A stretch of DNA of 63,196 nt, filler included, from Sluysia triapertura (lineage: Eukaryota), in the NCBI GenBank assembly GCA_046118255.1. It is 5 parts of 5 records of this genome, joined end to end, with 100 filler letters (N's around TTAATTAATTAA, not from the genome) between each part and the next. Parts side by side here need not be neighbours in the genome. Positions count along the whole stretch, not along the records: positions 1 to 11,077 come from JBJNIA010189287.1; positions 11,178 to 22,885 come from JBJNIA010178030.1; 3 more parts are not named here. The stretch is one strand, 5' to 3'. Below the pieces are notes generated by a model. That model made no database searches. It saw only the letters and a program-made list of their open reading frames with translations, and was not told where the DNA came from. Shown here piece by piece: positions 1 to 13,899 of the stretch (the first letter of the stretch is position 1; every line of letters begins with the position of its first letter). A program made the position numbers and the translations under genes.

Positions 1-529
1 TAATTTTTATATAATTAATATAATAATAGAAACTAAAATTCTATATAATAAAGTTTGAAGTGAAATTAAAACAACAATTGATAAATAAATCTTTAATTAA
101 TATTAAATTTTTTCTACTTTGTTGTGTAATCTTATCATTGAAATATTTTTTCGTGAGAATTAAATTAAACAATTTTTATTATTTATATTTATAACAAAAG
201 TAAATATTTGAATTCTTCCAAATTAAATTTTTCAAAAAAATATTTTCTGGAATTTAAGTTTTGTCTTTGAAAGTAATGCAAGATAACTCTAGATAACAAA
301 ATAATCACTAAAACAATCATAAAAAATAAAGTTGATGAAATAAGCAATATTAAAAATCGTTTTCACTATGTATTTTAATTTTCACACATTTTTACTTGTA
401 ATAAAAATAGCACCACAATTTTGAAAAAATGGAATTGCTGCTTCAAGAATATATAAATAAACTCAAAAAAAATTTGTTTTAATATTAAATTTTATTAAAA
501 TATTTTTCAACCCTTAAATTATGATTAAT

Positions 530-925
530 TTATAAAAGGTACACTATTAACCAAAACATTCAGGTTATCAAATTCAAAAAATCAATGAAGGTCTTTCATA
601 CTCTGAAAGCGAAATTTAACATGCCTATTGGAGTCATAAACAAAATTCTTAATATAAAATGGATATTTTAAATAAAAATGAGTTCAAAGATGCAAAAAGA
701 GTTTATAATAACTTCACTTTAAAAAAAGACGAAAAATGTCATTATATCTGGCGATATGATTAAGACTGTGGCACTACGATTTGCAGGTAAAATTGGAAAG
801 GATACTTTTAAAGCTTCAAATGGATGGTTTGGATGTTTCCAAAGCATTTATAATCTCAGCTCAAAAGTTTTTTCAGGAGAAGGCTTAGTGGATCAAAGAT
901 TAGTAGAAAATTTCAAAAAATTAAT
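530..925 (+). mobile_element. Tigger/pogo (CENP-B-type HTH) transposase fragment, degenerate
   Basis: Manual translation gives KNVIISGDMIKTVALRFAGKIGKDTFKASNGWFGCFQSIYNLSSKVFSGEG; FKASNGW (807-827) and the following SGE match the Tigger/pogo HTH_Tnp_Tc5 signature. Frameshifted and truncated. Confidence 0.85.
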
Positions 926-2199
926 ATTTTAGCATATTTTTGTCTTATGAATAAATGTTTATTAGACTAAGTTAATTTTTTGGAGAACAAGTTGGTATTC
1001 GTTATATAGAGGTCTTATTCAAAAAATTATTATTTATATTTAATTATTATTAAATTATTAAAAATATATTTAAAACACAAATACATGTGTGCATTATTCT
1101 TGTGTTGTTTTAAAACAGATATTTTTGGTTGTCTCTAAAACGACTTAGTTACGTAAACTTTCAATGTTTGACTTTAAAATTGCTATTTTATCTGCTATTG
1201 AATTTAAAGTATAATTTTGATAGAAGAAATATTTTACTTTTTACAGTTACAATCTATCTTCACAACATTCTTCTTTCAAGTAGAGAAAATGTTTCCGGTT
1301 TTTGTTCGGTAACTATGGTGACGAATAAAATTAAACAATAATTTAAAATTTTATTTTATAATTGTAGAAAATTTTTATGCCTTTTAGACAATTTTACTAA
1401 AACAATTTTTCTTATTTTTAAAAAATAAAATAAATTTCTATAAATGTTGCGATAAATTGATAATAATATATCTAATATAACGGAAACAAAATTTATGCTT
1501 AATATTTCTGATGCACTAATTCACATAGAACTAAAAATAATATTTCTTTACGAATAAATATTATTTTTGAAATCTAAAATTATTTCTAGACCTGTTATCG
1601 GAAATCAACTTAATTAGTAAACTATTTATCTAGACTATCAGAATAATATAATAAGTTTTAATAATTATTTAATAACGACATAATCAATTATAATTTTGAG
1701 ACATTTTATATTTACAATAATTATATTAATTTAAGAAAATTATAAATTCGAATTTATAAATAATTAATAATCAATAATGCATTTTAAAGTTGTAATTTTA
1801 TGAAATTATATTACAAAAATGAAAAATGTGAATGTTTAATAAAGTGCTAAACGCATATTTGATCAAAGTTTAATAAAGATCAATAAAAATAATTTCATTT
1901 TATTCCCTCGATTATAAAACAATTCTTATCAACTACAATTCAAATTAAATATATGTGTAAAAATAATTAATTATTACCCAAAAGTAATTTAATCAATATC
2001 ATTTTCTAATTTTTTTTTATTTAAATTATTCTTTACAACAGTTTTAAATTAATTATTTTATTTAAAATATAAAATTCATTTTTATTAATAATTTGGCATT
2101 CATTATTTATTGAATATCAAAAATACAATATCTCTAGTGACATATTATTAATTACCGAACTACGTACTTAACACATACCACAATTATTATTAATATATC

Positions 2200-2375
2200 A
2201 CATTATTATGCAACTGATGAGTTTGAATCTATTCAGCATTCACCCTATTCTTATAGCTCAGATATCACTCCAAGTTACTTCTAACTCTTTGTCATGTGAA
2301 GAAACATCTGAAACATAAGCAATTTCAAAATAAAAAGGAATAGTTTTTGGAAGAATATATTGATCAAAATTGACT
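2200..2375 (+). mobile_element. mariner transposase C-terminal fragment, degenerate
   Basis: Translates to EFESIQHSPYSYSSDITPSYF*LF then (frameshift) HVKKHLKHKQFQNKKE, a decayed HPPYSPDLAPSDFxLF...LKxxLxGKxF mariner motif. Confidence 0.65.
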
Positions 2376-2653
2376 GTACATTAAAAATAAATAGCTTCAA
2401 AATAAAAACATGTTTAATTATTTAATTAATCTATTTTCTTTTAATTTCTTACAAAAAATTATTATTAATGTAAATTAATGAAAATTAAATTTGTGATTTT
2501 AACAATAGTTAAATAAAAATTTTAAATTTAATTTTGCATTTTTATTGTGCATTTTATAGTTTATATGTTTTTGAAATCATTTATTGTTGCTTTAATTCCT
2601 TGAATTGTTTTATTGTTTTAATACTTTTCATATTTTATAAAATTGAATAACTA

Positions 2654-2697
2654 AATTATTTATAATTATTTATAATTATTTATAATTATTTATAATT
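2654..2697. repeat. Tandem 10-mer (AATTATTTAT) x~4
   Basis: Directly visible. Confidence 0.8.
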
Positions 2698-4102
2698 GAA
2701 ATTATTTTAAGTTTTTGCTTTGAATTTGATTGTTTAATTAATTTGATATCTTGACAAAGTTAATTTTTGTTAAAATCTTTATTGAACGAAAAGTATAAAA
2801 ATAAAAAATTATAATTTATGATTTATAAAATTTATAATTTATTTTTAACATTAATTATTTTATTTAAGATAACTTAATTGTTAATTAATTAATGAAAATA
2901 ATTAATTAATAATTTTTTTTGTTATGCTTCCAACTTTATTTTGTAAATTAAATATAAATTTCATTTTATTTATCAAGAATCCTTTTGTCTTTGAAAAAAA
3001 TATTTATAGTTCTCCGAAATAAACATATATTTATAAATCATAATGTACATTTTCTATAATTTGTTATTTAAATATTTTTCAAAAGATTGTAATTGAACTT
3101 TTACGAAAGTATTTCTTTGTGTATAGTTTATTGTTTTTTACAAAATGGATTTTTCATCAAATAATAATGAATAAACTACATTGTAACTATGTTAAAACTA
3201 AAAAAAGTATTATTTTGATAAATAAATGTATCTTTTAAGTTTAAAATTTTGGTAATTTCTTATTGGATACCATTAATAACATTAATTACTGATTTATTTT
3301 TCTTTTAATTATTATTGAAATTTAATTACCTTTTCGTTATCAACAATAAATCAAAAATAAATAAAAATCAAATTTTTATTTTTCGTAATTTTATAAAATA
3401 AATTTAGCTACTTTTTTATGCCTTATTTCACTCATATATTACGTAAATATATAATACATTATTTATTATATTGTACATTATATAATTTATATACAAATTG
3501 AAAAAGACTTATTAATTGGTTAAGAATAATTTGCATTGAAATTTTTATTTATATTTAATTCTATTTATGAACTACAAAATATTTTCAAATATCAAAGAAA
3601 CTTATGAAACAGTTATTTATTTACTTAAATTTAGACTATAATAATTATTATATGATAATAATATTATTACATAATAATAATTATTATTATTGTAATATAA
3701 GCTTTGATTTAAGTGAAATAAATTGTGGAAAAATTGTTACAATTTTATACTTTGTTTTTTGTTTGAATTTATTAAAAAAAAGTATATTTTATAAACGATT
3801 ATTGTGTCAATAGAATAAAAGAAATGTAGAAATTTAAAAATTAATTGATTTTATTTGTACAATTTATGTTTTCTCCACAAAATAATTTTTACAAATTATA
3901 TTATTACAAAGATAAACAGAATTTTGAATTTCAAATGTAAATATTTGTTTATAAATAAAAATTTCGTTAAAATAGTTCTAAGTATTATTTATTTTTTTTT
4001 CTATTTTAAAATACTATTAATAACAATAACAATATAATGTAATAATAATAATAATAATATATAACAGAAAAAATAAATTGAGTTCATAAAAATATAACTT
4101 AT

Positions 4103-5591
4103 TTAATAGTCTGGTATTTCTATTTCTTCATTTGTAAACTCAAAGATCCACCTACGAACTGCCCTAGTATCACTTTGTAACTCGGAAGAAAATGTCTTTC
4201 CACCACTTTCTAGAAATCTTGCTACATTAATACCACTTGGAACTTCTACTCGACAACGCCTTATCCATCTTGAATTCAGAAGAATTTTTCTAAATTTTAA
4301 TATTGTTTTATTAATTATTATTACATTTATTGATATTATAATTATGATTACTAATTTTAATTTTATAAGTCAAACTTTTAGTAAATCGAATAATTTTATA
4401 AAATTTAATTATTTATGAGTTATAAATAAAAGAAACGAATAAAATCCAATTAAATTCGTTTTTCCAAGGAATAGCCAATAAGAATTTAGTGTGCTTTTTT
4501 ACATGGAGCATTTAGCAAAACACCAGTGTTCTATGAAACACAGTTTGGCAAATTACCCTATAAATCATAGTCATTAAAAATGTTTAGTTATAGGAATGAA
4601 CGAAACTGTTACGATAATTAAAATCCTTTCGATTATTAAATTGTATTTATGAAATTTAAGTATTTCTGGTAGTATATTAACAAAAAATGCAATTATTTAT
4701 AAGTTCATTATACTATTATTCGACATTATTCGAATAGGAAATGATGAAAGTCAAAACACATTGAAAAGCCACAATGAAATTTTAAACATATTTTCATTAC
4801 GCAATGATATTTTTAGCCTTTGTACTGAAAAAGTACATTTTGCACAGTTATATAATATGTTATAAGATGTTTTGAATGCCAAATTTAACAATTTTTCAAT
4901 AAATTTCATTTGTTGATGTTTGTATATCTCCTTAGTGTGTATTTCTAAGTAGATTCAAGGTTTAAATAAATAACAAACATTACAATTTTAAAAATTGTTT
5001 GTGAATATCGAAAATACAATTTCTAACTTTAAGTTAACAAAGGAATGTTATATAAAATATTTTTTGAATAAAAATTAATTAAAAAAAATAGTAACTGAGG
5101 ATTGAATAATCTCGTTGGTTTTTGTTCTCCACATTCATTGGAAAGTCGAATACCCATTAACTGTTTATTTGGCCGTAATTCTACTATAATGGCACTGTGA
5201 AATTTACCTTTCATTGAACCACACGAACTTCTAATCTGATATACTGTCATAGCACTAACTTCCATTTCTTGCAGACTGCGTAAAATTTCAGATCCAAGTA
5301 TTCCATAATTGATTAAACAAATACTCAGTACTACAATAACTAAATATTGTATTAATTATAATATATTTAATGTAATTTTTAAGTAAATATTTACAAAAAA
5401 TCAATATACGTAATTATTTTAATTTTAAAGAATTCTTTAATATATTAATCCATTAGGTAATTAATATATTAATATATAAATTAATTATATTACATAATTG
5501 ATTTTATAAACATATAAATTATCTTAGAACAATAAATTAATTTTTATTCACCCAAACAAATTAAAGTCAGTTTTGCAGAAGAAAAATCCAT
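4103..5591 (-). CDS. Three-exon gene for a 153-aa putative secreted protein of unknown function (exons 5591-5552, 5330-5096, 4289-4103)
   Basis: GT-AG junctions with compatible phases (40+235+187=462 nt) give a stop-free ORF: MDFSSAKLTLICLVLSICLINYGILGSEILRSLQEMEVSAMTVYQIRSSCGSMKGKFHSAIIVELRPNKQLMGIRLSNECGEQKPTRLFNPQKILLNSRWIRRCRVEVPSGINVARFLESGGKTFSSELQSDTRAVRRWIFEFTNEEIEIPDY*. Hydrophobic signal-peptide-like N-terminus; exons are GC-richer than their flanks. Confidence 0.8.
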
Positions 5592-6013
5592 CACTCAAGA
5601 ACATTTACTTATAATAAAAAAATACAAACCATCGCATTTTAATGCATATAAACCTTTATTTTATTATTATTATTTTTAATCTAAAGGTCAAACTGAAAAA
5701 TTGAATCTTTCCGAAAAACTCTTAAAAAATTGATATAAAGATGAGAAATTCAAGGTTGTCAATAAATTGATTTTGTAATGAAATTTAGAATCGTTAACCC
5801 ATATAATATAAATTAACTTCAACAAACAATCAAAATTACGTTGGATTAGAAATTAAGTGAAGAACTATTTCTGAGACTCATAGTAATTGTTATTGTAAGA
5901 ATTTCTAAATTTATAAACATTAAGATTTGTCAATAAAGATTTATATTTTGGAAATATAGAAATAAAGTAGTTAATTTAATAAATAATATATTTATGTTAA
6001 TAAATAATTTATT

Positions 6014-6014
6014 A

Positions 6015-6062
<48 letters not shown>
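6014..6062. repeat. (TTA)n microsatellite
   Basis: Directly visible. Confidence 0.95.
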
Positions 6063-6063
<1 letters not shown>

Positions 6064-8029
6064 AATATTATTATTGATAATAATGGCAATATTACAAAAG
6101 TGTTTGTTTAAAATTTAAATGAAATTATAAATCTTATTCGTATTAATTTGATTAGTATTGAAATATGATAATGACTTTAGAAGTCAAATTATAGAGATAA
6201 TAACACATTTTCTTGCACAACATTCATTTTTGTAATTTAAAAATATAATTTTAACTATCAAATTATTTTACTTCGATGATTAACCCTAAAAATGTACCCT
6301 TGTTTACATAATGGTTCGGTGGTTTGAAGCTATAGATAAACTAATTTAAATTAAAAAAGTCAAGACGAACTTCTTTAATCTTCAATTTTAGATATAATCA
6401 TAAGTGCAATCGAAATCTGTTGAAAATAATTTATTGGTAAAACTGGCTTTGGATATTCATTAATTTTATTTACAATGTTCTGTTCCGTTAAATGTTTCAC
6501 ATTAAAATAAAATAATTACTTTGTTCAATTTTTATTCATTAATACGTATTAATAGTGATAATTTTTTAAGAGATTTAAATGATTTAATTTTTCATTTAAA
6601 AGAATTTTAAAATTAATTTAAGCTAATATAAATTAATATTTTAATTTAAAACTGAGATAAAGTAATAAGAGGTGTACTTTTAATGTAATTTAATATGCCA
6701 AATATTGAGATAAAATTCGAATTATTTAAATTAAATCCATTTTTTAATTGGAATAAAAGAAAAAAAGTATAATAAAAATTATAAAAAAATGCACTTTATT
6801 AATTCTATGACTAAAAAACGAAAATTGAAAATAAAATAATAGTAAAATAATTAATTAGTAAAATAAAACAAAATTTAGAATCTAATATAGAAATATTTTA
6901 AATTAATTCATAATTTAATTAATTATTTAATTTCAAATACATAATATTTAATTAATTCATAATAAATAATATTATTTAATTTAAAAGTATAATGTTTTAT
7001 TGTGAAAGTATAAATTACATAATATACTAATGTTTTTATAGGTTTTTGTATATTTTTGCTGATATTTTATTTTGTGTAAAAATAGAATTTTTAATACTGC
7101 GCATATTAAATTATTTAAACTTTGAAAAAATATTATAATTAAATAAATAATTTACTAAATAAATAAATAGTTTCTTATTTCTTATTTTAATTTTATTTAT
7201 CTTTTTAGTCTGTGTAAATTTTTAAATAAAATTTACAAATGACACATTTTGTTTAGAGAAGTGTTTGTAAAACTATTTGTTTAACATTTATACAATAATT
7301 TGTTAAGATTTTGTTTTCGCTGTATTTAATTTGCTTTAGATAAAAATATTTATTTATTAAACGGGTTTTACTAGACAAAAATTAATAAAAATATATATAT
7401 AAATACTAACCTAATATTGACATGCTGATGAAAAACAGTGATATAAAATTGTAAAAGAAAGTGTCTGATTTATAAAATCAAGAGTTTTATGAATGTCTTA
7501 ATTTGAGACCGATAACAAACTTTATTAATGTGAGTATGGTGGATGATTGTTTATTATTTAAGTTGATACATTATTGATACATACATATTTATACATTAAA
7601 ATAAAAATAACTTGCTAGTTAATCTTATAAGTCATATTAAATACACTGTGTTGTATCAATCCCGGTTACTAAATTTTTGACGTTTGATCTCACCTTTAAA
7701 CGAATACACAATAAAAATTTAATATTGAACTTTGTTATTTTGTAGTTTATACTTTATAGTTTACAAGAATGTTACTAGAAATTATTTTATCGGTTAAAAG
7801 CTATAATCGATTTAGTAAAAATTATTTATACTAAATACATCCCAAGTTTTTATTAATTTATTTCTAAATATAACAATAAATCCAATAATAATAATTATAA
7901 TTATAATAATGACACTTTTTATAATAATAAGTAATTTGAAAATAATAACATTTTAAATTAAATCATATAAAATTTAGATGAGATTGTTCAAAAGTCTTAA
8001 ATATTGAGAGCAAAACATTTATTGATTAT

Positions 8030-8700
8030 ATAATCCATCCGAGTTTTTCCTATATTCCGTCCCAGTTTGTTTAGTTAAGAAAAAATGTGGGTAAATGTGT
8101 TTTTGAATAAATTTCAGAAAGTTGAACGAAGTGACTCGTAAAGAATGATCACCTTTACCCACATATCAGTGACGTGCTAAAAAGACTGAGTAATTCAAAA
8201 TATTTCACTACCCTGGTCTCCAAAGCGGGTATTGGCAAATTTCTATACGAAAAAGTGTCATTCGGTCTAAATGGGGTACCTGCAACTTTCCAAATATGTT
8301 TAAACTTTGTCCTAGCAGAATGCCAGAATGTAATTATATATATCTATGACATCATTATTTATTCAACTTCGAGATTCACCTAAAAGACATAGAAGGCGTC
8401 TTAATAAAATTGGATGAAGCTAAACTTAAGATAAAACCTACAAAATATGTAAGAGGTAAAGAAAAGTTCCATGTAAGACATATTGTATCAGAATACAATA
8501 TCAAGCCTGACCATAAAAGGCTCAGAAGAATTAATGCATTTCCAACACCTAAGAAACAAGTCGACGTACAATCATTCTTTGGACTTGCTAATTATTTCCA
8601 CAAATTCATAAAGAATTTCGCGCATGTAGCCCATCCATTAACAGAACTTGCAAAGCAAGAGCATAAAGATAAAATTGAAAATGGAAAATTAATAAAGAAT
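8030..8700 (+). mobile_element. Ty3/Gypsy reverse transcriptase fragment, degenerate
   Basis: SPVCLVKKK...NFRKLNEVT, SFGLNGVPATFQ, IIYIYDIIIYS (decayed YxDD), LKIKPTK, FPTPKKQVDVQSFFGLANYFHKFIKNFAHVAHPLTEL. Confidence 0.92.
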
Positions 8701-9949
8701 TAATAAAATTAATAAAGAGAATAACAGTAAAAGGCATTTCTAACACTAAAAAATTCACTAGTTTTCGCACCAATTTTGTATTATTCAAATATGGATATTT
8801 TAAATGGTTCATTAACAAAATAAATTTACTATTGATGATATCAAAATTTAAAGTAAAGTTTATATTATCAATGTATAAAATTTGGTAGTCTATATTATGA
8901 TTTCTTTTCGTTTTAGACGATAAAAATTTTTGAAAATAAATTTTAAGTTAAAATGTTGTTGGTGACTTAAGGCCTGGCGAAACTGTATAAGATATTAACG
9001 AGGAAAAGAAAGAAAAATAATATAAATAAATAATAAATAATATTAATAAATAATAATAATAAATAATAAAAGTTAATGTCAAAACTAACATATATAGACT
9101 TTGTCGAACAATCAATATCAAGATAGTGACTGCCTAGTTGCGTTAATGATTTTAATATAACAAAATATTCGCGTTTAAAATCTTTATAAAATCGTTTAAA
9201 ATCGTGCAGTCTTTATAAGTTAAGTAGATCGTAGTTTTCTTGTTTTTTAGCAGACCAGATAAATAAAACTGGACTTTTATTTATCTCCAATATTATTAAT
9301 TATGCAGACTTTTGACAATAAATCAAACTTACCACTATCATCAGTCTATAATAAAAATGGGTTCTGTTACTGATTTGGCACATTTACTATTTTTTTAATT
9401 TCAGATATTTCATGGTTAAATTAAATTGGTAATAAGGTATTATCTGTTCCTTTTTTCTTGAACCTTTTATTTTTAGATATTGAGCTTTTAAAATGACATC
9501 ATTAACCTTTTGTGGTCTTATTTTATTTCCAATGAATCATCGACAGGTCCTATTTAATACCAGCGAAAACACAAAATTTTCACAATTAAACGCCTGACTC
9601 AAAAAAACATAATCAAATCGAATTTAAATTATTTATTTATTAATTTAATTACGTTTATGTTATATTTATGTATTTATGTAAAATTTATATAAATATTTGT
9701 GGCCCTGACAGTGGACCACAAAAGATTAAAGCATAAAACAAAACTCAAAATTTATTATATTCTATTTATTATAATGATCAACAATAAAAATGATCAATAA
9801 AAATAAAAAATTTCATTTTACATCAAAGTTCTACAACCACATTTCGTTGTTTTTGAAACTAATTTGTTTTGTAGGTTATTTTCGTATATTTTTGCTATAA
9901 CGATTACGTAAATGTTTTATAATTTTTTGTAATTCATGCCAATTTTTAT

Positions 9950-10900
9950 TTTGAATATTTTCATCTAATAACTTTTAATGCGTTACTTTTATAATTCGAG
10001 TTTAAGGTTCAATTTCGATTTGAATGATTTTTACTTCATCTTCAGGTTCATTTATAAAAACAAATAAATTCGTTTCATCTTCTAATTTCTGATTTGTTTC
10101 CAATAGTATTTGTTGTTTGTTACTTGTATCAACCAATCGCTTGCATGAATAATTATCGTCCATTGAACAATTACTATAAACTTGGTTTTATTTATCTTTC
10201 TCTTTGAAAAATTTGTTGTTGCTCACTATGAAGATCATTTCATGCATTCTTATTCTCTTGGTTTTAAACATTCGAATTCCGTATCAACATTTTGACGTCA
10301 ACTATTAAGTTTATCCTTGAGACTTTTATTTTTCCAATATATTTTCTAATTCATCATTATCTTTTTGAAAATTTTTAATTTCTTTTAATATTTCTGTTGC
10401 ATCTAATGCTAATTTAATACGCAGCTTTTTGTAAACGTTCTACACAATATATTGTTAGACTTCATAAAATGGGATCGAACCCGGGACCTCTCGCTGCGCA
10501 GTTCGATGCTGTACCACTGAGCTATCAGCTCCATCTAACAAGTTTATTTTATTATAGTCAATTTTTACCAAATGGAACTTTAGGCCTTTTACCCCAACAA
10601 TATTTTATCGTATTCTGTTCTAATAGTTAAAAGTTATTTTTTGGTTACATATCGATGTTCTAAATCTGTGATCTTTTGATTTGTCTATAGAAGTTCATTG
10701 TGACGACATTCTTCCTAATGAGCTCATAATAATTGTACTTTATTATCGGATGCTTGCAAATTCGAAGTATTTTTTCAAGATTATCTCTCAATTCTCGAAT
10801 CAATAAATTTTTACTTTCCATTTTACATTTCGAACCATCACTTTCTGTCCCGAAATTTACAACTTCATTTCAAATAACGGAATTTTTCGTAAGATCCTGA
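9950..10900 (-). pseudogene. Degenerate coiled-coil-like ORF interrupted by the tRNA-carrying LTR-like insertion
   Basis: Protein-like minus-strand pieces (MESKNLLIRELRDNLEK; KKLRIKLALDATEILKEIKNFQKDNDELENILENKSLKDKLNS) with stops and frameshifts on both sides of 10453-10599. Confidence 0.35.
10453..10599 (-). mobile_element. Solo-LTR-like element carrying a tRNA-Ala-derived cassette (copy 1)
   Basis: Ends TGTT...AACA, flanked by ATAT on both sides (10449-10452, 10600-10603). A-box TAGCTCAGTGG and B-box GGTTCGATCCC on the minus strand. Colinear with 60077-60228. Confidence 0.8.
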
Positions 10901-11077
10901 TACTTTTGTTAGTTCAATATTAAGAGCAGTACTGAATACATTGATAAATATTTTTGATGATGCATATATATCCTACATAGGCGTTTCCAGTTTTAGTGAA
11001 CCGGATAAAATATTGATAATAAAGCCACATCTATGAAGAATTATATGTACAATTTCGATCATTGATGTAGAATTACA

Positions 11078-11177
11078 NNNNNNNNNNNNNNNNNNNNNNN
11101 NNNNNNNNNNNNNNNNNNNNNTTAATTAATTAANNNNNNNNNNNNNNNNNNNNNNNNNNNNNNNNNNNNNNNNNNNN
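11078..11177. other. Artificial contig linker (N44-TTAATTAATTAA-N44)
   Basis: Identical 100-bp six-frame-stop spacer, present four times. Confidence 0.98.
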
Positions 11178-11759
11178 AAAGTAGTCAGGAACTTCTTGCT
11201 ATAGGGACGCTGGATTCAACTGAGTTGTGGATAACACTCATTGAATCTTTTTCTGCAGCAATAACTTTAGGGCAAAATAAGTTTACGAGGTTAGTAGAGA
11301 TCCATTTTGTTTTTATTATTATTTTATATTCTGTTTGCGGTAACGACATTTATGTTGTGTAATCCCTGAGACTTTTAAAGAGTTCTATAGTAATTAATTA
11401 AAGAATTTGATTAACTATATAAAAGGTTTCATTTATATAACTATAATTGTGATATAAAGATTTGTCATATAAAGATTTAATTTGTATAATTGTTATATAA
11501 GATTATATAGAGATTCAGTTTTATTTGATTTTTAATTAATAACGAGGGATATCAGTAAGCAAAACAATAAACACAACATAAGTACTATTATAAATAAAAT
11601 AATAAGTTTAATAATTAAAACAATAATATTTTTTTAAATTAATTATTATATTTTTTAAATTTAATAATATTAATACATAAATACATTAATAATTTTAATA
11701 TTTAAAATATCAAAAAGTAAAATATCAAATATGCATAATACATTAATACATACGTTACA

Positions 11760-12200
11760 CAAGAAAACATATAGACTTTATGGTCACCTTTCTAGGTATT
11801 TATGTTTTATAGTTTTTTCTTTGGTTTTTGAAATAATTAAAATTTTGAATTGACACAAAACACACCATTCAAGAATCTTGATCGCATTAATTACATTATT
11901 CATTATCAAAATTATTGAACAAACATCACGATATACATTTCATTATTGTAAGACGTTAAATGATTGAAGTAGAGAAATAGTGTTTAGTATAGAACACATA
12001 GCAATGTGGTACTAAAGTGATTGCTCACTTTATTGTTGTTTCCCAATAGCATATATTTATGAACTTTGTTTGAGGTACTTTAAATGCGATTTATATTAGT
12101 TTGACTGTATTATAATTTATTTACTCTTTTAGTGATTATGAGTTCTTCTGTTAAACAGTTCCATTTTAAAAAAATAATACAGTACTTCTATTTAATCCAT
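11760..12200 (-). mobile_element. Possible Sola-type DDD transposase remnant
   Basis: Fragments FKVPQTKFINICY, ILEWCVLCQFKI and KEKTIKHKYLE-(G/H) loosely resemble the DxCxxQxK and hKfl.xGH blocks of Sola1. Very decayed. Confidence 0.3.
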
Positions 12201-12888
12201 AACCTTCTCTATTGGCTAATTAAATTTGAAAAGTTTGATTCATTGTTTCATACCTTATGTTTTCGTTTTTTAATATTTACTTCTTAAATTAAGTGTACTT
12301 TTGAAATATTTTTTTTCAAGAACTTCTAAGCGGTTTCCTTTGAATTTTAGTTTTATTTTATTAAGACATTGTTTCAATAATTTATCTCACAATAATATCA
12401 TTCTGAGAAGTTCTTTTTAACAATTCTTTTGTCTGATAAATTTCTTCTACAGTTTAAAAATCTTTATAAGTAGAGTATCTAATATTTAAACATCAAAATA
12501 ACTTAATTCAATTTTTACAAAAACTTAAAAGTAACTTTATAAGTAAGTTATGCGTAAATATTCAAAATAAACTTATAATATAAAATGTATTTATTAAATA
12601 TATAATAAAATTTCGAAATAAGTTATAAAATTAATTACTCTTTCTATAACATTATTGCAATAAAAGAATTTAAATTGATTCATTAACAATGTAATTATTT
12701 GAATTAGCATTAATATTTAATTTTAAATATCCAGAAAGTTTTAGTAACAAATTATTTATTTAATGCATTCAGTTTAAATGCTATTATGAAATTAAATTAC
12801 CGATATCAAATTATATTTGAATAAAATTAAACATTCTATTTGTATATTATAAAAATGTTTATATCTCAATAATAAAATTTGACATTAA

Positions 12889-13107
12889 TCCTTTTGCGCC
12901 TAATGAATTGCATATATCTTACTAGATTTTCAAAAAATTACTGAATTCGTTACTCGAATTTTATATACCGAATGGGATTCATTTGTCCCATGGCATTTTC
13001 TTTAATATCTAAAATCAAAAAATTAAAAATTTCGTAGATTTATCTTTTTATTATATATTGATTCTACTTAAATTATAAATCGCATAAATAAAGCCGTTGC
13101 TAAAGGA
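12889..13107. mobile_element. piggyBac-type MITE
   Basis: TTAA|TCCTTT ... AAAGGA|TTAA: short TIR plus TTAA target site. Internal GTCCC motif shared with 49177-49407. Confidence 0.6.
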
Positions 13108-13899
13108 TTAACAAATGTAATAAAAACATAATTACAGTAATGAATGTAATTACAAAAATAATGTAAAAATGTATTTCCACAAAATAATTTGTATTTAATT
13201 AAAATAAATATTAAAATTTAAATATTAGTTGTAGATATTATGATAAATTTAATAAATTAATAAAATTAATGACAAAAACAATAGTGACATATTTACTAAA
13301 ATAATTAATTTGTTTTGAACTTCTATAATTAAATTCTGTTTTGAAATATAATTTTAAATTTTAATCATCATAAATCAAAATGATTCAAATCTATTTAATA
13401 TTAATTATGAAATTTGAGTCAAATTTTAAAAACGAAAAATAATTATATAGCATTTTATATAATCTTTATATTGTATTTTATAAGTAATCTATTTAGTTTA
13501 GATTCAAATAGTTTTAACATATTAGAAGAAATGATAAATAAAATAAAATTAGATTAAATTAAGTAGAAGAAATTTGATATATCTTTAATATAATAGTAAA
13601 ATATTTGTTTGCTTTCACCATGTAGTGAATGAAAAACAAATTTATAATAATCAATAATGTTTTTAATGCATAAGCTATCTAGTATGCATAAATTTATAGA
13701 AATTCTTGTATTAGAGAAAAATAGAACAACGCAAAAGAATTATAAATTATATATAAATTATATTTCTTTATCATATTGAATACAATAACTTTTCATTCTA
13801 GATTATGTAATTATAGATTAGATTAAGTAATTAAATAATGCAAAACTTAAAAGTGATATCTTCTAAATAATTGGAAGTGTTAATATTAGTTTATGAAAT

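Noticed and set aside
1129-4037. Short track ORFs rich in I/L/F/K/N/Y (also 15463, 17032-18808, 42634, 45679, 49754, 51734)
   Set aside because: Composition reflects AT-rich non-coding DNA, many start at TTG/GTG, and no motifs are present.
11078-11177. Palindromic TTAATTAATTAA within N runs (four times)
   Set aside because: Artificial six-frame-stop linker; adjacency across it has no biological meaning.
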